A stretch of DNA of 58,512 nucleotides, filler included, from Sphacelaria rigidula (taxonomy: Eukaryota): assembly GCA_964200075.2 (NCBI GenBank). It is 3 parts of 3 records of this genome, joined end to end, with 100 filler letters (N's around TTAATTAATTAA, not from the genome) between each part and the next. Parts side by side here need not be neighbours in the genome. Positions count along the whole stretch, not along the records: positions 1 to 19,442 come from CAXNAA020000670.1; 2 more parts are not named here. One strand, written 5' to 3'. Shown piece by piece: positions 1-12,400 of this stretch. The translations under genes were made by a program, and so were the position numbers. Under the pieces are notes generated by a model that saw only the letters and a program-made list of their open reading frames with translations, was not told the DNA's origin and ran no database searches. Position 1 is the first letter of the stretch; the number at the start of each line of letters is the position of its first letter.

Positions 1-32
1 CCGCGGCGGCTCGGGCGGGGTGGTGTGCGTGC

Positions 33-125
33 GGGGGGGGGGGGGGGGGGGGGGGGGGCGTACTCATTTGTTGCTTGCCTTAGTCGTTTGACCATAGACC
101 ACGCATCCCTTCCGAGACGGAGCGG
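33..125 (-). mobile_element. Short 3'-end fragment of LINE family A beside a poly-G tract
   Basis: Reverse complement (ctccgtctcggaagggatgcgtggtctatggtcaaacgactaaggcaagcaacaaatg) matches the 3' end of the LINE at ~9740-9800. Confidence 0.8.
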
Positions 126-464
126 GGAGAGGTGGGGGGGCAAGATATAGAGCAAGGGTAGCGGATCATGCCTCGCCTCGAGACTTGCCCCTTCTACCAT
201 GAAGCGGTGGATACAGTGCTCGGCTCCAACTCGCTCCTTCACGCTGGAGTAGACGGCGGTATGCGGACTGTTTCCGCTCTGATCCTACTGGCAGGATTTT
301 TTTACGTTCAGATTTCCGTAGGCGATTTTCCGCCGGCAATTTTGCTGTGTATTACTCCCACATTCCTCTGCCCCTTCCTACCTGTCGCAGACCAAGAGAG
401 CTGTCAGGCCGATATCATCGAAGCACCCATTTCCCCTCACCGACGGTTACGTCTACCTACTCAC

Positions 465-3400
465 CGTGTGGCTTTCTCCACGTCGAATGTGAACGCCGGA
501 TTTTCCAGATCCATTCCCAGGCGGTTCTTTAGATCCAACACCTCGCGGCTGACCAGCTGGCCGGGGCGGGGAGGGGGAGGGGGAGCGGATGTGGGACGGG
601 TGCATCATACCTCAATGTGAGTCATATTCCAGTGTATCTGTCACCCTTGCAGGGACGGGTACCATAGTACAAAAGATCGTACGGGGAAAAGCTTCACGAG
701 GTCCGCGCTGCACCCTGGACCTTCAGCGCCTGCGCCCGTGGTTGGACACCAGGCGAACCGTGATCTTGTCGAGAAGGGACAAATCCTCCTTTTATGGCTC
801 ACTAGGGTGATGACTGATGACTGCAATACTGAACGAGCCAGGTCATGATGTTCCCGGTATTTCTTGTACTAATTCCACGTGTGTAAACACACACATGTAT
901 ATATCAAGACATCTCTGCATGATCATGATCTACCAGCATAAGGTTGTCGTGCACCCCGATACATTTTTTTTTTTCAAACCAATAGGACCCCCGCCCCTCC
1001 AAAAAGGAGAGATTCTTCAAATATCAAATCTTGAGAAGGACGAAACACAACACAAGAGATGAATAAAAACACTTACGATTCCCTCTGCCATAATAAACGA
1101 ACAGTGTATCCATTCACTCACTCATTCATTGATTCATTCACGACTTCACCAAAACAAGAGGAACAACAAGAAATGTTACAATTCACTTCCACCCCCTCTC
1201 GATCAACACCAAACCGTGAAACTAACATTTTCACATTCCCTGGTGACTCACCTCGAGTTCATCCTCGTCCAACTCTAATCCGTCAATGTCCATCGAGTCT
1301 CCGTTCAAGCCAGTCCCGTCCTCCGCCTTCGTCATCTCCGACACTATCCGTTTCAGGTTAGCCAACTGCGCGTCCAGGAGACCGAACTCGGCCACCAGCA
1401 GGCGGTTTTCCGAGGAAGAGCTGGTCGTGGACTCTCGGATGTCCTGCATGTGCAGGGTATCGTCCAAAACAAACGAAACATTAAATGGTGCAAGTCAATA
1501 AAACAGTCCTGCTATATCCCGTCGCGACAAACGTCTAGTCTCGGCAGGCACACTTTCGCTCAACATCGCGCCGATGTTCGACATGTTCATATTGAACATT
1601 GCAGTTGCCCCGGTGGCTCAGTTGGAAACCTCTAAAACTTCTGACGGTTGGGTCGTGTGGGTTCAAGTCTCGGAGCGATCTGGGATTTTTTCTCAAACCA
1701 TGCCCAACAGTGGAGAGCGACTGTGTCGTGGGTACACAAAATTCGACTTGACGGTCGACGAGGGAAAGGGACTGCTGAACCCCTCTCGCGATAAAAAAAT
1801 AAAAAGGCAAGCATCGCAGAAGGAAGGTGGAGTACTAAAAAATAAAAAAACTCTCGTGTTGGCCTTCTTCCTGTGTGACTCCGGCTCGTACACCCACATA
1901 TACTGAAGGTGTAGACCGGCGTCCAGAATAGATGGAACGACAACACACACACAGTTGTTGGATCGACATCTTTGTTTTGCAATTTGAGATATTCAAATAT
2001 CTCAATTATCCCTGTACACGGCACGGCATTTTGTTTCTTACGAACGGGTATGAGTGTGGTTCTGCGCAAGTGTGTGCCTAATACTGCGAATTCAAAATAG
2101 CAGTCACAACCTGCTTCGAAGGCCACGCCGTTTGTACAACCTTATATCTGACACCGTGAAAAGGGCATGCGGGGAGCGTCCTCAGGACTACTACTAGCTT
2201 TCCAGTCATGTTCGTTTTCCTTCTCTTCTCTTCTTTACTGTCCCCTCTATGTTCGAGTTTTTCCTGAGCAAGTGCTTCGCTTTCCGATTTCTCTTCACAA
2301 TGAACACGTCCGTATTGTGGCCCGCGGCTAGCTATATCGCCGGTCTCACAGTGTGCGACACTTCCTACTTTAGTTCCCCCCTCAGAACCAGCCCAAAACT
2401 GTTACAGGCTGGTTCATGGAAAATAAACCAAAAACCCTCATCGACAAAAGTTCACGCCGTTTTAAGGAGTTAGACCCTGAAATGTTGCACAGGTGTTCTA
2501 CGGGTCATTATGCAACTTTGTATGGACGAATTTTTTGTACTTCTTGATTTTTTCACGGTTTTTCCGGGGCCCGGTTTTTTCGGGAAAAATTCAATCCAGT
2601 CGGACCCCCGAAAAACGGTAAAAAAAAAACTCGTCCGTACAAAGTTGCGTAATGACCCATGCACACCTGTGCAAAATTTCAGGGTCAAACTCCTTGAAAC
2701 GGCGTGAAGTTTTTCGCGGTTGTGCGATGAACCTTGCAATGCTACGGAGAAACGGCAAACTACTAGATATTAGTGTGAATATGGCGTTTTTGGGACTTTT
2801 TCGACGTGAACATAAAATTGAAGCACCAGTTAATCGATTCTGGCCACGAAACTTTGTGGGGTTCTTCCTTGGGTTTTGCGGCGGCAGAGCGTTCGCAAAA
2901 AAAAAGAAAAACAGACTGTAGTGCCGGTTTTCCGGGGTCCCAGAATGGATGACTTCGAAAAAACGACTTGGATCCCGTCGGACCCCCGAAAAACTGTAAA
3001 AAAATCAAGAATTAGGAAAACCTCGTTGATCGAGACTTGCGTCATGATTCATAGCACATTTGTGCAAAGTTTCAGGGTCTAACTCCTAATAAATGCGTGA
3101 AGATTTGCGCGTTTGTGCGAGGATGTGGGCGTAAAACGTGCAAATTCTTAACTACTTGGTTTGAGAATGAAAACATCTTCTAGGGTGAATATTACGTCAA
3201 GGCAGGAAAAATGTATGAGATTTTCGATTTTCTCCACCAAAAATTGTACATGTGTTCCTTGGATCATCCTGGGACGCATCATCTTATGATTTTTTCTTTG
3301 GAGTCATTCTGTACCGCCTTTCGGGGGTCTTTGTACTGGGGCCCCCGGAAGCCGGTAGAGGACGGAGAAACTTTGAACCCTTGCCAAGAATACAAGTTTT

Positions 3401-6400
3401 TCATTTGGAGCTTCAATACCTACGGAACTGCCAGGTTTCAGGATGATCTGATCTTTTACAAATATCAGGGAAATCGTCACGAGGCTCCCTGGGTCTTTCC
3501 TGCATATCATGAGCGGAAATTAGACGACACCAAACTCCACGTCACCGAAACATATATGGTTTCGGGTATAATTCGACCCCGTTGGAACCGTTTTCAAATC
3601 TGTTTCTCCCGTTAGATTCTCAAGGTGATGACGGTCACTACGATTTAAAGCATGTGGAGATTCGGTGGAAATTGGGCTTGGAATTCGTATTTTCAATTTC
3701 GGAACATTTTGAAGAGCGCTGATTGGTCGAGACACTTTCTTGTCCATAGCGCCACCGCTCTAGCCTTTAAAAAAAAACGGCCATGTCACCCTCTTCGTCT
3801 GTTCATTGCGGTCAGTATGATACCATGTATGCGACTATTGGGTGCGTATTGCAGAAGGCATTTGCTGATGACAGCATTTAGTTTTTTTTTCCGAGAACCA
3901 GCCTGTATTATAAAATGATTATATAGCGCCTGATGATTGGTATTAGGCTGCATGAAGCACATCACATGGGCGACATTGACGAAAACGAACTCGAGCGTGG
4001 GACTTCCTAGCTGCTTGTTGTGCTCGGCTTTGTCCATTTCGATTTACGTGTAGACGATGCCTCCCCAAACCAGCCACTTCTTTTCTTTTGGGGGGGGGGG
4101 GGTGCTATCGTAGAAAGTGTCGTGCGGCAATCGATCATCAAATGAATCAACAGATGAATCAAACCGCCCCGTCGTACCCACCTGCTCGATGATGTAACAT
4201 ACTCGCTCCATGTCGACATCGATCTTGTGCAGGCGCAACTGCCTCTGTGCCGTGGCCAGCACCTTCTCCTTATCCCGAATTCCGCGCTGGGCCTGCACGT
4301 GCAAGCGCCAACACACACACACACGCACACAACGAAATACACGAAGATGATTGTTACGCGTTGGTCACACCTACGTCTTGATATTAACGTGCGCGCGATA
4401 ACGGTCTGAATCCGTGCATGAGCCAGACTCATGCTCTCAACACCGGTTACGTCGGTAGGGCTTTGTCCCCCAAAGCACGGGAATGCCCACAGCTTTTTCG
4501 TGGTTAGGAGCATGTCCCTCACAACTTATCGTCACGAGGGACCTCACTTTCTTACCCCCCGTGGGCAAAACGCTGACAGCGCCTGCCACCATGTCAGTGT
4601 AGCTCGGGACAGCTCTCTGTATACTGTAATTGCATGGTGCGGTGCGGTGCGGTACGGTGCGGTGCGGAATAGCTCAGCACGGCACAACACGTAGATCACA
4701 TCAGATTTGACAGCACAGCCCAGGGGAGTACATCACAATTCACACGCACGCACGCACCCACACACACACGCGCGAATAGAAGTATCTTCTCTTACGTTGC
4801 GCCTGTCTATGTTGGTCCACTTCTTCTCCTGTGCCCTCGCGTCCGCCTTCATGGCGTCCAGCTCTTTCTGCAGCTGCTCGACCCTTGCGCTTAGCACCGC
4901 CTCCACGGCACCCAAAGAGACCATCTGACAAAACCATCATCATCATCATCATCATCATCATCACAGGGGGGATATGAAAAAAAAAAACGAAGCGAAGATT
5001 CTTCTAAACGGGTAGTCATCTACTATTATATCAACACGGGCTCGCTTTGCCATTTCCGAACTACCTACTTCATCCCATGTTAAGGCTGAATAAAGTAACT
5101 CGCCCCAGCCGCCTCCCCCCTAACTATCCCAAGACTCGAGCTCAAACACCTCCTGTCAGATGATCATGGCCGAGACAGAACCACCGTGCCCTACCACGGT
5201 CCGCACGGACCCATGACCTGCAAACGGAGCATGAAGGCACAAGGTGACAACACAGCACTCCCAAGCCGGCTCAGTTTGCAGCTAACTTTGAAGTCGACGT
5301 TGACGACTGTCAGATACTCACCGCCGCAGAGTCTTCCGGGAGCTCCCTCGTAGATTTATCCGCGCCCCCGTGCCCTCCCCCCGCTAGCGCTCCTTCATCG
5401 TGCGGATTTTGACCGTTGATTCGATCCCAGAGCTCCTGTGAAAATTCCGTTTCATCCCCCGCAGACGTGGGTTTTGGGAGGCACGGGTGTGAAAATGGAA
5501 GCAGGGACCACCATCACGGATGTACATGAACAAACATGGATCGCGTTAAACGGAGATCCAGTACACGACGGTTTGTGCACCACAGCACCACACGGGGTAG
5601 TTCGGCATTTAGACGACACAGGGTATCGATAAGTATTGATCATACAGCAAAGATCATACGACACCATTTCTGATCACACAGCCCACACACAACACTGACA
5701 CCTGGCCAAACCGGGCAACCTCCCGTCCAGACTGAATAGCGCCGTCCCAGTCCACGGTTCCATCATCTCGAAGAAACAGCTGTAATAACAATCACAATAG
5801 CAGCAACGGGCAACAACAGTAACGGCAATATTTGTTTCATCCTGTCAAGAACAAGAACAAAAAAAAGTCACGAGGGCTAAACCAGGGAATCTTCAACGAT
5901 GAGGGGTTGCTGGTACATACTTGTCTTGTAGTCGCCCCCTGTGTTCGTCCTTATTACCCCCCGCCAGCGACATGAAAAATTCCGCATACTCGTGACGCAA
6001 CACGGTCTTTGGCATGCACAGGGAGGATACCGTGGAATCAAACGCAACAGAAATAGAAAGCACCGAAGACCACGAGGAGGACGCATATCTTGTCAACGAG
6101 AGGTACATCGCGGTGAAACCCGATCAGTCCGAGAGACATCAAATCTCAACAGCGATGCCCGATTGTGGATGGTGAGACCCGGACAACCTGCGAATCGAAA
6201 GCCTCAGCTTCACGAACCCCTTATCCCGCGAGACAGATGTTGGATTTGTCATCTCGGTTGCAAGTATATTATTTTTCACGTTTGGAGAAGTCTCCTACAA
6301 GAAAAAAAAAAAAAAACAGGAGGATCAATCATGTGATATCTCATAGTAATAATTTTTTCAACAAATAATACATGAATGTCCTCCTGACTGACCCCATTCG

Positions 6401-9400
6401 TATTGTCAAGGTTAAAAGAAAAAAATGCCATGTAATGTGAGTCCGCCATCACTATTGGGGGGCATGTTTACTGCAAATGGAGGGGCCATCCCAACATGCG
6501 TGAATTCATTCATGACGTAGCAACACAACAATGAATAGTCACTTGACAAGAACCGATTTTGATGCGTGGCTCAGCCGCGGATACGATGAGAACTCTCGTG
6601 AACAGTCGGTCATGCCGGTTGGTGATCCAGAGTGGTTCAAACCAGCTCACTGCACTACGCGATCCACAAACCTTTTTGCTATCCCGGGTGCTTTCAATAA
6701 ATTTCTGCCGAATCCCACGAATGTTGCAGAGTGTACGCAAAGTCGGTAGCGCGGAGGCATGTTTACTGCACATGGAGGGGCCATCAAAACATGCGTGAAA
6801 TCATTCCTTGCGTAGCAACAACACAACAACGAGTAGACACTTGACAAGAACCGATTTTGGTGCCTGGCTCAATCATAGATACGATGAGAACTCTCGTGAA
6901 CAGTCGGTCATCCCGTTGGGTAATTCAGAGTGGCTCAAACCGGCGCACCGCACTACGCGATCCACAAATCTTTTTGCTATCCCGGGTGCTTTCAATAAAC
7001 CTCTGCCGAATCCCACGAATGTTGCAGAGCACTGTTGATTGATTGATTTGATTGTCGCACTTTGACTGACCCTCCTGGGGTCCACCCGTGGTCTCATGAT
7101 AGACGTACCCGAGAGAAACGGAACTCAAAACACGCTCCAAGAAACAAAGCACGTGTACGCAAAGTCGGTAGCGGGGACTTGGGGTATAACCCTACGGTAT
7201 TTGTTCTCGCTAGCTCGAACGGAGTCGATCACTCACTCCTGTGTCCTACTGTAGAATCTATGTCTTGTACTTCTTGTGTGCGGCCCCTACACGGCTGAAC
7301 CTTGGGGTGTACTCCTCATTTTTAGCTTGATGAAACAAATCACTTGCTCAACTAACCGAGCCACTTGTATGGAGTAATATCATAACAACTTTTTCATCGT
7401 AAGGGGGGCACTCCCCACGGTGATTCATTCATTTTGCTGGATCGAGTCTACGAGGAGAGACACCCATTCCTTCCGGAGCAGCCTCGCGTGTCTTCAACTC
7501 TTCTAGATTTCCGGGTACCCAGCAAACATGACCATTGCCCCCTGCGTAGGATGTTTCTTTCCCATCTATGTTCTTCATTACGCCCAGCCTTTTGTGAAGC
7601 ATTCCCCTCCTTCCTTCCCCCACTTAGCTTCCCAAGCTTTCATCTTCCCGAGTCTAGAAAACAACATATGTCGTCATGAACATCATGCGCACAAGAGCCA
7701 CCTGCCCCCCCCCCATCCCCCCCCCATCCCCCCCCCTTCCATATTTGACATCTTACAAGGAGTTGCACAAGGATGTACGTTATCACCCAATGTATTCAAG
7801 GTACTCATTAATGACCTGATGATGGCGAAAAAAAGAAGCAAATCAAGGGGTCAAGGTGGGTGAAGATGTGATATCAGGTTTGATGGTCGCAGATGATTCT
7901 GTGAGAATTTCAGGAACAGCGGAAGTATTGCAACAACAGATAGACAAGGCGCTAGAATACGCTAGGAAATGGAAAGCGACAGCGAACGTGAAGAAATGCG
8001 CGGTACTCGTCTGTAACGAAGATGCGAAAAATCTGGTGGAGTTCAACTGGAAGTGGGGAGAAGAGGAACTGCCGATCGTAGACCAGTACACCTACCGTGG
8101 TGTAGAGATCTCAAAACACTGCTCCTGGGATGCACACATAAATAAAGTAATAGAAAAGGGTAAGGCACAGATAGGAAGGATGGACGTGGTCCTCGGAGAC
8201 TCGCATCTAGACACTAGGATTAAGACATGTATCCTGATGAACGTGATTGTACCAAAGCTGGAATATGCAGGAGAAGTATGGGAGGAGAACGTGAAGTTGG
8301 TGAGGAAGTTGCAAACAGTACAGATGGCAGCAGCCAAGAAGATACTGGGATGCTCGAAAACGACGAGTAATACAGCGTTGAGAGCAGAGTTGGGAATGTA
8401 CTCACTTGAAACAAACAGAGACATGAGGGAACTAAGGTAGCAATATAACTTATAGAAAATGGAGAGAAAGAGACTGCAAGCTATCGTTGATAGGGCTCTA
8501 CTGAAGAAAGTACGAAAGGGCATGCTGGAAGAAGGTAGGATAGAGAAGTCGAGAAAGTATTGAAGGAGATAGGAGGAAGCCAAGACGAAATACCGTCGGT
8601 AGGTGAGGCGCGGAGTACAAGACAAAAGCAAGAGACATGCTGGGAAAAGAGGGAAAAGGGGCGCTCAGACGCAAAGTAGACGAGGGAGAACACCTGAAGA
8701 TGCACTGGAGGTGAAGAGAGGGTATCGAGGTGAAAACGTATCTGCATGGCTCCATGGACGCGGCGAAAAATCTGAAACTGCGATTTCGTGTGAGAGACCT
8801 GGACCTGCCAGAGAGAAAAAATAGATTTACCAGTCGTCGAGAGGAGGAGGAAGTACACGTACAGAACTGCCGCTGTGGCAAAGTAATAAAGAGCAAAAAC
8901 CATATAGTTGCAAAATATGAACTATACGAGCTGGGCCAGCAGTAAATCCAGCATTTGCATGTCACACCATAACTTTAAAGTTTACAAACTCAACCCGACT
9001 CAAGTATATATGGGTGTGACCTGCAGGCCAACGTGGTAACGCACGGGACCGCCGCCGACTGAAGAAAACATTGTAACAAAATGTACTACATAATGTATCA
9101 CGTAACCGACGCGACGAAAAAAAAGGAATTCGTCGGGATTCGAACTCGTCACCTCCATAACTGGAGTCAACTGCACCACTTGGATAAAAGAAGCGCAGCC
9201 GTGCCACACGAAAAGTTGGATACTGCGCTAAATTTCTGGAATTTTCGGGGAAAATTGTACCAGGATCTCCTCCGCACAAGGACGCACAACTACACTAGGG
9301 ATGCCCCCGCATTTCTTTATTTTCACGGAGTAATAGCATCTTTCCACTTTTTGCAGGAACTTCAAATCACTCTAACGTTCTGTTTTCTTTTTTTGTCTTG

Positions 9401-12400
9401 GCATCCCCGAGAAAGTTGTGCGTAGTGATGATAAAAATGCTGTGTTAGAATCTCAGCGCCCAACGCTTCGCATTACCCACCGCCCGGCCTGGATACATTC
9501 GCAAATCACTGTCAGCTGGCCCAGCTCGTACAAGGAGGAAGGGGAAGTGCTAGAGGGGGAAATGCGGGACGTGAACGACGGTGGCCTGAAGTCGTTTGGG
9601 GCATTAGACGGGAGCGAGAAAACGATGGCCATACTAGGAGATAGATGGTGGCCACAGACGGCGAAACAGGACAAGGATAAGGTATGTCAAAGGTTTTTGT
9701 GCAATGTATGGAGGTGTCTCTATTAAGAGAAGGAACGGTGCTCCGTCTCGCAAGGGATACGTGGTCAATGGTCGAACGACTAAGGCAAGCAACAAATGTA
9801 TACCTCTCCCCCCCTTCCCCCCTTCCCCCCGGCGGACACCCTGCAACGAGATTTTTTTTTTATGTACCGTACTCGTCATCTCACATCGAACTCGGGTTTT
9901 TTCACGTCCGTAAGGCTCTTCATACTGTCCACAATACCACCGGGATCTTTCCAGCCGCCCGCATCTTCTCCCCCGACCGCCTGCCCAGCCTCCCCACTCG
10001 TATCTCCACCAGAGAAAACGTTTCCCGCTGTCCCTGCTGCTGCCCCACTACTACTGCCCATCCCTCGTCCGTCCGCCTGCGCCACTTTCCTAATCTTCGC
10101 GATGTTGGTTTTCAATCTGTCTGAAAGCTCTCCCAACTTTTCCATGAGTAGCGTAGGAGGTAGGGCAATATAGGGGAGGAGGAACCGAGAGAGCCGGCAC
10201 ATTGGGTCGGGTTGCGTTGCCGAGATGGAGCAGCGGAGGGATCAGCAAATACACAGTGATTGTAGCAGTTGGCTGCGGCAAACATATCCTATACAATGCG
10301 GGCACAGGGTGGGATGGTGAACCCCCAGTAACGAGCGCTGAAACCATATATTTCACGAGCACGCACGTCACCAGCTGCATCAAATAGGGTGTGACACATT
10401 ACGACGAACGTCTATTTGAGAAACAATATCACTACAGCAGCGGTAGGTGAACGGAGGGATCTATCTCTCGATCCCTCTGTCTGCGAGTCTGCCGTTTCGC
10501 CGAAATACTTTCATTTGCCCCGCATAACTATGCGGTTGTTCAGTGAACCAACAGTAGCAAGTTCATCCTGGGCAATCCCGGGTTATTCGTTTATGGACGT
10601 CCATGTTTTTCCCGACATACTACTACTGCAGCATCGTGTGCGTTCTTCAAAGTTGTACAACACTATGGAGCACGAGCGGCAACAACGACACCAACTCTAC
10701 TACCTGTCTTTCCCCTTTCCCTTCCCGACAAAATAGGGAGGAATCAAGAGTAGCCTAGTTAACCCCTACCCCCGCCGACGCCGACGCCCTCCGTTGTACA
10801 CACCTCTTCTTGAGAAACAGCTTCTAGCACTGCAAGCGGCCGTCCTGCCTGCAATGTCCTCAAGCTACCTTCTAGCCTATCAGCGATCCTATCGTAGTCG
10901 ATGCCACCTCTAGCTTGATCGCTGTTGCCCTTACCCCCCTCTGGTCCATTTGCTCCCTGACTACCCTCCTCGCCTGCCTCGCCGCCACCCTCTCCCCCAC
11001 TTTCAGGGTCTCCGGTTTTGCCAGCGGATGACCCGGGGAGTGTGGGCGGGGCAGCGAGATTAAGCGCAAACTCGGCAGCGATGAGCTCGTTACGGACCTG
11101 TGAGGGGAGGGGGGAGGGGGGTACTTATGATCTCCCATGCCGTAGTCATAAGACCATTGCCCTCGCAACCTTATAAAGCCGGAACGGAGCACGCCGAAAT
11201 TTCGTCGGATCAGCATCGTATCATGTGTTGGGCGTGTCGCACGAGAAGTGAGCTTCATCCTGCTGAGAGTTTTCGACTCGAAGCGTACTAAATATTTTTA
11301 ATTGCGGATGACAACCTCGGATCAGTTGTTTCATTATCTGGTATCGCCACTTTCAGAGACATCCACGAGTTGTTGCGCTGCGTCATGGGTGTCTCACCAT
11401 AGGTTGGGTGTACTCATGATCATGCATACTATATTGTAGTCACAGACCACTGACATCGCATCCCTACACAGCCGAGACGGAGCACGCCGGGTTTTCGCCG
11501 GACCACGCTCGCACTCAATCACCAAGCGCCAAGCGCCGTGGTGTGCTCGGCGAGTCGCATGGAGGGTGAGCTGCATCCTGCTGAGATTGTTTGGCCCGAA
11601 GCCTACTGATTATTTTGCATTTAGATGACAACCTACAATGAGCTGCTTCATTTTCTAGTATTGCCACTTCCAGAGACTGCCACGGCTAATACACTGCCTC
11701 GTGGGTGAGACGAATGACACATGGTTGGTAAATCGCTTCTGTTTTGGGGCACTCTCTGGTTTTCATCGTTGGTGGGATGATACCCCACCCGTTGAAACCT
11801 ATATCTCACATAAACGTTTTCGTCGAGCGCTTTTTAACAAATCCCTTTGCCATCTGCTACTGTGTCATAACCGTACAAAGACACGAGCGAAACGATCTCG
11901 CAACAGTTTTTGAAAATGAGGATTTCCGATTTATTTTCGACACAAGCAGGAAAATAGCGTAAAACAATGGCATCGACGAGGAGGCTGCTAGGAGAGCTTC
12001 TCATCATTTCTACGCAACTCCTGACGTACATCGTTACCCAACCCGGCAAATCAACCAAAAGCAAATCGAGTATCGGTTATTATTTGTTTATCATCCATTT
12101 CCTTTGAAATTCCTTACAAGCTTAATTTTTGCTGTAACTGTAGGGCCGGTGAAACGTGTTCAACACGGATGTCGAGCAATGGAATCATGGCCAAACACAT
12201 ATGGACAATATATGCCATGCCATGTGTGCGATAAGTAGCCTCATGAGAGGCTTTACGCCGTACCACTCCGTGACACATAGTACATACCCCGGAATGCTCA
12301 AGTGAGAATTCCTGGACATGGACAAAAAGGCTCAAGTCACGTGTGAAGCCTACAGCATAGACTACTTTGCGGATGAGGATAACTGACATCTTGACTTTTG

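Noticed and set aside
9115-9190. Functional tRNA gene
   Set aside because: B-box present but no convincing acceptor or anticodon stems; reported only as tRNA-like.
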